Part shown: one piece after another, positions 1 through 8,865 of the stretch | Layout of the letters: every line of letters starts with the position of its first letter | Numbering within the stretch: position 1 is the first letter of the stretch | From: Ginkgo biloba | Lineage: Eukaryota; Plantae; Ginkgophyta | DNA: 19,819 nt | Assembly (NCBI GenBank): GCA_024626585.2 | Contig: JANKJI020000001.1 | Coordinates: 14,984,880 to 15,004,698 of the forward strand | Reading direction: 5' to 3' | Notes under the pieces: model-generated | The model's input: the letters and a program-made list of their open reading frames with translations, nothing else | The model's database searches: none | What the model was told of the DNA's origin: nothing | Translations under genes and position numbers: made by a program

Positions 1-21
1 AGCGCCCTTGCCTAGTCTTAC

Positions 22-1020
22 TGTAAGACCAATTTTCACTTTGAAATCTTGAAGTCCTATGATTTTTGCTAAGTGTTTGTCGTTGAAATTTGTCCGAGTT
101 ACATAAATCTGCAAAAATTGCACACAATTACAAGTTTGCAAAGAGTTGCAACATAGCAAAAGGCTGTGACAAATGTGCAATGCTATGCATAATTAGCATG
201 TTGCAAAAGGCTGTGAAATGGCAAAAGTCAATGAAATGACAAATGGCACTAAAAAGATCAATAGACGAGATTGACTCCAACAAGATCAACAATGTGGGTT
301 AAAGCGTAAGACCGTGCATGTTTCTCAAATGACAAAGCTTTGTGAAATTATAGAAGGTAGTGATAAGCGATAAAGCACAAGGTTGCATATCCTTCTAAAA
401 AAGGTAATGGCGCGATAGAGCAACTTCAAGCCACCAATAGGCAATCTCAGCAACCACCTCAATGCATCTACCATAGGGAAAAACTTCACGTTAGTCAACT
501 TCCATCAAGAAGTTGAAATGAACAATTATGTACCTGCCTCAATAGTTACCACCAGAAAGATTATAAAATCTCCTAAAAGCTTAGAAGTAGGGGTTTGGGG
601 GTTCTTATTCTTTCAGTTCTTTTGTACCAAGTGATAAGCTTGCAAATTCAATTTTTCTATACCAAGCAATAGGCTTGGGATTTTAGTTCTATTTGATCAA
701 GCGATAAGCTTCCTATCCATTTGCAAAATGTAGGTTGATCCTCATGTGAGACAACATTTCTATGCACTTTGATTTTCAATTCCATTTCAAGGGATATAAA
801 GCTCTATAATTTGTGGACTTTTATTCCACCAATTCAACTTCTTGTAAAGCTTAGTACAATAGTTATGTTTCTTTATTTAATATAAGCAACATTTCATATA
901 TGACTGTCGCTTTTGAATGTGAGTTTTGTTCAATTTAATTTCCTTCCGTTGTACACATTCTGGGTTCCAGATCACTTATCCAAATCATGTTTTCTAATGA
1001 TGCATTTTATGTTTCTGACA
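22..1020. mobile_element. Possible LTR-like non-coding segment (boundaries uncertain)
   Basis: Starts with TGTAAGACC (22-30), a TG-initial start like many plant Gypsy LTRs. It has no credible ORF, carries internal short direct repeats (AAA(A/G)GGCTGTGA near 158 and 205; 35-bp repeat at 626-712) and has a TATAAAA at ~562. No second LTR copy or PBS was seen, so this is a weak inference. Confidence 0.25.
626..712 (+). repeat. Degenerate 35-bp-period tandem repeat (about 2.5 copies)
   Basis: ACCAAGTGATAAGCTTG at 626, ACCAAGCAATAGGCTTG at 661 and ATCAAGCGATAAGCTT at 696 are spaced exactly 35 bp apart. Confidence 0.7.
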
Positions 1021-2144
1021 GATCTTTGATATATGAACTTGAGAAAAGGAAAAAGAAACCACCCAGTGTTTCTAAAGCATTCTAGGTTTTCTTTTGTTAA
1101 TGAGTGCATAATTGTAGATTTCATCTTGAATTATGACCATTCTCTAGTGTCTTTTATATTTTCAGTATTTCTTCCTCTATCTAAAACATTTCGTTTTCCA
1201 AAACTTAGAGATTTGCATTCGTTTTGAGTTACTCCTTCTACAAACATTTGAAGTTTCTGATAAGTAACTGTCAAAATCTCATAGGCATCATTATCGGCTT
1301 AAGAAAGTCATCGCTAAGTTATATGGATTTCCATGGGGTGAATTTTGTTGTTCACGAACCTTAAGAAATTTAGGACAATGTATATAGTCCTCAAGCAGGC
1401 TATCATTAGCCAAAATCCTTTGCACATAAACCATAGTAGCCATGTTTGGAAAGAAAGGAAAAAAGGATGACCAAAAAAAACGTAAATGTGATTGATTTGA
1501 AAACATCAATAAAAGGATAAAGGATGACATAGAGATTTCATCTTGCACACCAAACCATGACAGAATGTGCATGCGCCTTTACAAACTCCTTTTAACAAGA
1601 AGAGAAACCGNNNNNNNNNNNNNNNNNNNNNNNNNNNNNNNNNNNNNNNNNNNNNNNNNNNNNNNNNNNNNNNNNNNNNNNNNNNNNNNNNNNNNNNNNN
1701 NNNNNNNNNNNNNNNNNNNNNNNNNNNNNNNNNNNNNNNNNNNNNNNNNNNNNNNNNNNNNNNNNNNNNNNNNNNNNNNNNNNNNNNNNNNNNNNNNNNN
1801 NNNNNNNNNNNNNNNNNNNNTATCATAGGAACTAAATAATATCTTGATCATTCTGAAGTAAGTTTAACTATCCTTAAGGTAATTTTATCTAAAACATGTA
1901 GTTCATAATTGATTAAAAAAACTTGATCCTAAAATACTTATCTTACTCATATTTAGTACTAACCCAAAAGATCTGTAACACCACAACCAGTTTCTTAGCT
2001 AAGATGATCTTAAACTTAGACTGCCTACATAACAAGATGCCAGGGTAAGGTTATGCTCTTCGCAATATACATGGGTAAACTAGCCTAAAGGTTACAATCC
2101 AAAACTTTGGTTCCAATTGTAGACATTGCATCGTGAATTCTACA

Positions 2145-2671
2145 ATGACAATGACTTTTGATGATATGGGATTTCAATTTATGGTCGAAGAAATTACCTT
2201 TAGAACCTTAGTAGAGTGTTCTCTAGCTCATCCTCCTTCAGAGTCCATTGTAAAATTCTGAGTCAGAGAGAGTTGAGAGATCTTTGGATAGAAGGATTTT
2301 TCAATCTGTTATTTCACAAATAAGTTTTTTCTTTTCTCAATTTTGTTTTGAGGCTGCAACCAAGAACCTCTTTAGGCCTGTGGATTGTCCACCTTTGGGA
2401 TGCATATTTCTCCATAATAAAAAGTGTCTTATCAATACCCAATGCAGGGGGAGTTCTTGATCTCCAAATGACATATCGAGACTTTATGGAAGAGCTTGTT
2501 TTGCCATTAGTGACATTTATTTGTCACAAACCTAATCGTATCGTTTGTTTAGCACCAAACTGTAGGATTGCATTGAAATTCAATATGGCTTAAGAACCTT
2601 CAGGGAAAATGTGAAATATTCCAAATGCCTATGACAAGTGCCATGACACTAAAAGCATAATCAAAGACTGT
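2145..2671 (+). pseudogene. Decayed L1-type LINE ORF1 (DUF4283-like domain plus degenerate zinc knuckle)
   Basis: The frame from 2145 reads FDDMGFQFMVEEITFRTLVECSLAHPPSESIVKF*VRES*EIFG*KDFSICYFTNKFFLF. This aligns gap-free with the minus-strand ORF at 3597-3995 (FNPKHLNIVIKNISARTLIAYFLGRPPPQMVLKVWIKEVWKVHKWKVAYIHYLTRGFYSF), and all three stops sit on Trp positions. After a frameshift, ORF 2348-2593 (LQMTY...FICHKPNR...PNCRI) matches LPMPY...FLFHEPHR...PNHRI. At 2630-2671, Y-DK-C-HDTK-S-IIKD-C has CX2CX4HX4C spacing with two ligands lost. Confidence 0.8.
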
Positions 2672-3193
2672 GTCCTCATTGCTTCTAATGCCCAAGATGC
2701 TGTCAAACAAGCACCATCTGGCAGCGTTACAGACACTGAAAACTTGGGGAAAATGATGATCATAAATTTTTGAATTCAAGTTTGTGTCTAGAAAAATTCA
2801 AATCTTGGTGGGGGAGGAGTGGCTCTCAACAAGAAGCTACATATGTAGCCTCACCAAGCAGAATGCAACTCATAGTGCAACTCCTATGACCAAACGTAAT
2901 GCAAAAAGTGCTCTTAATTCCATACCAAACCTCCAAAGGTGCAAGAATTTGTCACCTTGCTGAGTTCCTTGAATCTACTCACAAAATTTTTAGAATTTTT
3001 CACCCGTCTTACATTCTTTCCACAGATACACAGATTAGTGGTAGATGTGATAGACTAATATATACACAAAAAGACATATACTTAGTACAATTGATATCAT
3101 ACTTTGCAAGAACCAACCGATTCACTTCGAGTAAGAAGGACCAAATCTACCAAGGCTATCACAGCCCAGGAAACCATAGTTCTAAGCTCGGTC

Positions 3194-3258
3194 AAAGGGA
3201 AGTCAAAGTTGGTCAAACATGCTTAAAAAATCATAAAGGGAAGTCAAAGTTAGTCAAA
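3194..3258 (+). repeat. 24-bp direct repeat, two copies 41 bp apart
   Basis: AAAGGGAAGTCAAAGTTGGTCAAA (3194-3217) and AAAGGGAAGTCAAAGTTAGTCAAA (3235-3258) differ by one mismatch. Confidence 0.75.
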
Positions 3259-3405
3259 TAAGCTTAGAAAACCCTAAGAGAAACTCTAAGGCATTAAATG
3301 AGGGCNNNNNNNNNNNNNNNNNNNNNNNNNNNNNNNNNNNNNNNNNNNNNNNNNNNNNNNNNNNNNNNNNNNNNNNNNNNNNNNNNNNNNNNNNNNNNNN
3401 NNNNN

Positions 3406-3995
3406 CCTTTGAGAGGTCTACTTCCACATAGATTCGATGGTTGGGCTGAGGGTTGAAAACTCTATGTGGTTCATGAAAAAGGAAAATGCCTATTAGCGCG
3501 ACTATGGAACTTAAAAACTTCGAGTAAGGCATGGGGAGACCGATGAATTCCATCCAAACTAGGCAGTTGAACGAAACAACTCTCTTGACAGAGAAGCTAG
3601 GAGTTTAACGACTCAACATAACTAAATTNNNNNNNNNNNNNNNNNNNNNNNNNNNNNNNNNNNNNNNNNNNNNNNNNNNNNNNNNNATAAAAGGTGAAGG
3701 AATAAAACCCCCTAGTCAAATAGTGGATGTAAGCAACCTTCCATTTGTGCACTTTCCACACTTCCTTGATCCATACTTTCAAGACCATCTGAGGAGGAGG
3801 ACGACCTAAGAAATACGCTATTAAAGTTCTGGCAGAAATATTTTTTATTACAATATTAAGATGCTTAGGGTTAAAGAGTACATCAGGGGCATCAAACATA
3901 CCTCGTGCTACACTTTGGGAACAAACTTTTGGGGTCTCTTTGGCACCATTCGAGCCTCCTTCAATGTTAGTCCTGCAATCAGTCTGAGAATTCAA
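3406..3995 (-). pseudogene. L1-type LINE ORF1 fragment, DUF4283-like (RRM-like) domain
   Basis: Translation reads RTLIAYFLGRPPPQMVLKVWIKEVW...YLTRGFYSFTF [N run] LVMLSR*TPSFSVKRVVSFNCLVWMEFIGLPMPY...IGIFL...NHRIYVEVDLSK. This carries the plant L1 ORF1 hallmarks G-F-x-x-F-x-F, W-x-P-x-F (Trp mutated to TAA), (P)VW-x-x-x-x-x-LP and RI-x-VEVDLSK. It is cut off by the 100-N gap at 3306-3405. Confidence 0.85.
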
Positions 3996-4321
3996 AAGAA
4001 CACTATGGGAATGACCATGGGGGATTATTAGGGCTGGCTGCTCTAATGGGTAGAATTAAGACCACCTATCACCGAATTAAAAGAAAGGGTGGTGGANNNN
4101 NNNNNNNNNNNNNNNNNNNNNNNNNNNNNNNNNNNNNNNNNNNNNNNNNNNNNNNNNNNNNNNNNNTTCCATTCCTCTTAGAGCCCTCTCCTCAACTCCT
4201 ATCAATCAATGGCCTAATGAAATTTCGATGTGAAATCATTTTAGCTCTTGATCCAATTTTTTCTCTAGAATCAACTGGAATTTTCCTTCCTCGTCTATGG
4301 GACTAACTCCACAAAGGTTGC

Positions 4322-5240
4322 TATATAAAGCATAGATACATGGAATATATCATGAATCTTACTAGTTGAAGGTAAGCTATTTTGAATTGTTTGTTGACAC
4401 AACAAAGTTTGGGAAAAATTCTTAAATGCTTTCAATATTGAACCTATATTGCCTGTCTTATAATTTCATAAACCCCAAGATACTTTATCTGTAATTTCCC
4501 CTTAGTTGTCCTTTTAATCTAGAGTTGATGATAAAGTTGCAGACTTGGTATACTTGATCTCCTTAAACTACTACTGTTTGGGGGCTTGCATCAAGTGTCC
4601 TTTGGCATTGTTTAACACCTCTGTGATTTCAATTACGAACTTTTAGATTGCTTAGGTTTGAGGTTTAAAATTTGCCCAAGAAATAGGATTAGAAAGATCA
4701 CAGCCATATAAGGCTTCAAAAAGCATTCCAATTGCAGTATGACATAATGAACAGAAAGAAATCCCTACCAAATAAAACCATTTATCCAAATTGGAAAGAT
4801 CAATGTGAACTTAATGCCTCAAGTATTCTTGTAAATCCCTATTCATGATCTTAAATTGGCTGTCTCTTTATGGTTGATAGGCTATGTTCATGTTGACTTT
4901 AGCACCAATTCATAAAAGCAACCCTTGCCAAAAGTTGCTAATAATTTTCTCTCTTTATTGCTTACAATTTTAACAGGGATTCCATGCAATCTAAAGACAT
5001 TTCTCATGAAACTTTCAGCACCCTTAGAAGTTTATATGTAGATTGGGATGGCACAAAATGCACATGCTTAGTGAGGCAATCAAGTGATACATAAATAGAA
5101 GCATACCTTGTTCTTTTTCATCAAACAGGTGACAAATGTTGTAGAAATAGGTTGCCACTTGTTGTAGAGAATAGGCAATTACTGAAGTAGTCCTGAGGCA
5201 AGAATGTTTTCCATTTGTTTGTCTGACATAATGACGTTCA
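4322..5240 (-). mobile_element. Decayed Ty3/Gypsy integrase, chromovirus-like
   Basis: Reverse-strand translation through stops and frameshifts gives CQTNK..., GLLQ*LPILYNKWQPIS, LDCLTKHVHFVP, FMRNVFRLHGIPVKIVS, SNFWQGL, AYQP*RDSQFKIMNRDLQEYLR, FEALYG and LPSTSKIHDIFHVSML. These correspond to the Gypsy integrase motifs GLLQPLPIP, VDRLTK, LHGxPxxIVSDRD, AYHPQTDGQxE, PFEALYG and IHxVFHVSxL. The catalytic acidic residues are degraded. Confidence 0.9.
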
Positions 5241-5637
5241 AATAACTAACCCTAAATAAATCATGCATCTTTCACCATAGTCTAATACTGAAATGAGGTT
5301 CATTAAAATTAACAACTCAAACCTGTCAAAAGTGGGATCAACTTACACCCGATTTTAACTCGCCTCACGAGTACAACCGTAATCATGTATCCCAGACGTA
5401 AAACAAAGTACTTGGAAATGGTATAGTATATTTAATCGGGTTTCATCAAGGCAAGTTATAAGGTTCGTTGACCAAATGAGGTGTGCATTGGATGGAAACT
5501 CATGAGAATTAATGTAGGAATGAGAGAGAAAATACAAAAGACTAGTGGACCATGCTAAATCTACCCTGAATTTAGTGGGCCACTATAGTGTACTTCATAA
5601 CTACAAATTCGTTATGGTAGATGGTGAACTGCTACGC

Positions 5638-6411
5638 ACTCTATTTACCTTCCAGTATTATTTCTTTCTCTCTTTGGAATAGGCCCATCCATTCTAATTG
5701 ACCTTTCACCCTAAGATGTAAGACTAAGTGTTTGGAAGCAATTTATGCATGCTAAACACTTGTTGAAAGCAATTAGTCCAAAATCAGAAGGTATTGCCAT
5801 TATAAGAGTCAAAGCTTTGTGCTTAGTGTTACTCTATTTACCTTAAAGTATTATTTCCTTTTGCCATTAGAATAGTCCCATCCAATCTATTTGACCTCTC
5901 ACCTTGAGATGTAAGACTAAGTGTTTAGATGTAAGGTATGCATGCCAAACACTTATTGAAAGCAACTAGTCCAAAATCAAAAGTTTATTTCCATGATAAG
6001 AGTCAAAGCTTCATGTAGTGTCACTCTATCTACCTTCTAGTATTATTTCCTTCTACCTCTAGAATAGGCCCATCCAATCTACTTGATCTTTCACCTTGAG
6101 ATGTAAGACTAAGTATTAAGAAGCAAGGTATTCATGCTAAACACTGTTTGAAAGCAACTAATCCAAAATCAAAGGTTTATTTCCGTGATAAGAATCAAAG
6201 CTTCACGTCTAGTGTTACTCTATTTACCTTTTAGTATTATTTCCTTCTACCTCTAGAATACGCCAATCCAATCTATTTGGCTTTTCACCTTGAGATGTAA
6301 GACTAAGTGTTTGGAAGGAAGGAATGCATGCTAAACACATGCTAAAAGTAGTTAGTCCACAACTACAAGGTTATTCCATGATAAGAGTCAAAGCCTCGCA
6401 TCTAGCGTTAC
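5638..6411 (+). repeat. Tandem array of four ~193-bp units
   Basis: The anchor GATGTAAGACTAAG recurs at 5715, 5908, 6100 and 6294 (spacings 193, 192, 194). The anchor CTAT(T/C)TACCTT recurs at 5641, 5834, 6026 and 6220. The units are similar along their whole length and have no unique spacers. Confidence 0.95.
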
Positions 6412-6607
6412 AAGCTTCTAACATACGATCCATAGAACCAATGTCAAGTATCCAACCAAGCAAAGGTTAGTTCAATGCAAGGTCCACCTAGAGTATCACT
6501 TTAAAGTATTGAGCTTATGAAGCATGACCAAAGAATATAAATTTTGAAGGGACTTGATGAATACCCCCTTGCACAGTCATTATCTTGGGTTCTTGTGCCT
6601 TTTGTCT

Positions 6608-6686
6608 GTGCACTGACATGGTGAACCAGATAAGTCCGCACACTTACATGGTGCTTATCTATAACTCTGTGCACAGACACAGTGGA
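6608..6686 (+). repeat. ~30-bp-period repeat with a GCAC...CATGGT core (3 degenerate copies)
   Basis: Copies are GTGCACTGACATGGTG (6608), GCACACTTACATGGTG (6638) and GTGCACAGACACAGTG (6669). The repeat runs into the 100-N gap. Confidence 0.55.
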
Positions 6687-6845
6687 CACTNNNNNNNNNN
6701 NNNNNNNNNNNNNNNNNNNNNNNNNNNNNNNNNNNNNNNNNNNNNNNNNNNNNNNNNNNNNNNNNNNNNNNNNNNNNNNNNNNNNNNNNNCATATAGCAT
6801 AAAATCATTTAATATTACTTTTGGAGATCTTGTAATAAGGGTAGA

Positions 6846-7411
6846 CATCAATCGAGGTGTCCAAGTGCTCAATCAAGCTTTATAACATCTCGGACGAGGT
6901 TAGTGTGCATATTTGAGAATTTAACATGCATCATGGTCACATCGCTACCTTGATCTCAAAGAGCTCAATGAAGATGTCCATGCACATTTGAGCATTCAAT
7001 GTATATTGTTCTAATGTTGCTGACTTGATTTTCCTGATAAGGTGAGTTACCTCAATCGAGGTTTAGTCTCATCAAAAAATCGATGCCAAGGATGATGAAT
7101 AGTTGGCCATATCTAGTAGAGCTTGGTTGAGCTCCTTATTTTGACTAGAATACCTAGGGTACCTTGATCAAGGTAAGAAGAATTAATTATGATTTTTTTT
7201 TAATATCTCGATCGAGGTCTCCATTATTCTGATTCAAAATTTAGGGATACCTCGATTGAGGTCTCTAGGTTTGGTTAATGACCAATTTGGTCCTTTACAA
7301 GGCTTGATGTGATACCTCAATCAATGTTAGCCTCATTTTTTTTAATGGATTGATTGAGGTCTCCCTCCTATCTCAATTGAGGACTTTGGAAGACCTCAAT
7401 TGAGGTCTTCC
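6846..7411. repeat. Cluster of about ten degenerate palindromes, consensus ACCTCGATCGAGGT
   Basis: Copies lie at about 6846, 6888, 7049, 7161 (perfect ACCTTGATCAAGGT), 7206, 7249, 7314, 7350, 7371 and 7388-7411 (perfect 24-bp GGAAGACCTCAATTGAGGTCTTCC). Confidence 0.8.
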
Positions 7412-8342
7412 TTGGAAATTTGCACAGTGTCAAATTTTCCAAAAAAGTGGTTAGGGGATCTTGTGACCACCCATGAACAATGCTAGGTTATTTATGTAGA
7501 GGCTAGATATGCATTTGATAATACCATGAGAGCACCTTGAGTCATACTTTAAATAAGGGGTTACTTTATTTTACCTCCAAACACTGTCCAATATATAAAT
7601 TCATTTCATTAATACTCTTGTTGATTAATTATAACATTAATGATTTTTTTTAAAGCTCATAAAGATTGAAGAGATTTGTGCGCATTGTCCTATAAGAAAA
7701 TAGTAAATCTAAAACAAAACTTCACAAAGACGTACATATATCTAACTCATAGTGGCCAAAAAATGAATTACATAGCTAAAATATTCTTTTATATACACAT
7801 AATTATGCAAAATCAAACCATAAATGTACTTGTTTAACCTCTACTTGATAACATATATCATTCAAAATAAAAAAAAAATNNNNNNNNNNNNNNNNNNNNN
7901 NNNNNNNNNNNNNNNNNNNNNNNNNNNNNNNNNNNNNNNNNNNNNNNNNNNNNNNNNNNNNNNNNNNNNNNNNNNNNNNGGCAGTTTAGAATTCAAAGCT
8001 ATAAAGAAGGTCCTTGTTTGAATCTCTCGTGTGATGGAGAGACAAATTTTTATTGAAGCTTTGATTTAATACAATAGTTTTCTTCATTTGCTCTTCAGAA
8101 AGTTGCGGTTGAATTTAATAATTCAACAAAAACTCCGTAGGGAAAATATGATGATGAAAAAATAATGGAACTAATGAAATTAAGCCATTAAAAAGGAAGG
8201 CATATATAAAAATTGAGATAATTAACTCATAGAAGATGAAGCTACTTTTGAAAAACTTGAATAGAGGGCTTAAGAAGAAAAAATAATAATTACAAGAAGC
8301 TAATATATAATCCAATCAATGGATTTGAAACCAATAAAAATG

Positions 8343-8865
8343 ATAAATGATAGTGTCAAAACTTTGAATAAAGGGGTGTTAGAGATAGTCAATAAGAAAT
8401 TGGATGACTATAAAGTAAGATATAAGACCTTAAAAAGAGTATAGACAAATATCATGAATAAATACAAATGATTCACAATCTTATTGTAAAATATGTAATA
8501 GTTTTTTGAGGAAAAGGTAGGTGAAGAAGAGACAAAGCTATTGGCCAAAGCTGATGCCAATTTTAAAAAGATCCAAGAGATGATAAATAGACTAAAGGGT
8601 AAAGTGAATGATAGTTTGTTGGATGCAGTGAAGTTGAAAATTTAAGAGATAAATTCCAAGCATTGAAAGGATCAGTTAGAAGTATGTTCTTAGTTTGCAT
8701 ATTTTAGAATAGTTAGATAGGTAATATAGACAAGAAAGGAAGAAATACATGAATGGATAGAAAAGAGTAAACTCAATTATGAGTATAGTCTTAGTGAGGA
8801 AAAAAGTACTTTTATATTAGAATTTATGGCCATTCTAATAAACATAGGAAATGGAAAAAAAACAT
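8343..8865 (+). pseudogene. Decayed K/E/L/I-rich, coiled-coil-like ORF of unknown identity, probably retrotransposon accessory ORF
   Basis: One frame starting at 8343 reads as helical protein over about 170 codons: INDSVKTLNKGVLEIVNKKLDDYKVRYKTLKRV*...FEEKVGEEETKLLAKADANFKKIQEMINRLKGKVNDSLLDAVKLKI*...KEEIHEWIEKSKLNYEYSLSEEK. It contains about 10 in-frame stops and is strongly purine-rich. No named domain was recognised. Confidence 0.45.

Noticed and set aside
2899-3261. 120-aa plus-strand ORF as a gene
   Set aside because: It has no recognisable motif and its 3' part is a short direct repeat. It is probably a chance ORF in TE sequence.
5638-6411. Tandem unit as a 64-aa protein repeat
   Set aside because: Unit lengths of 192-194 bp do not preserve frame, and the ORF track shows no ORF here.
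5638-7411. CRISPR-like interpretation of the tandem array or the palindrome cluster
   Set aside because: The 193-bp units have no unique spacers, and the palindromes are short, degenerate and irregularly spaced. There are no cas genes and the context is eukaryotic retroelements.
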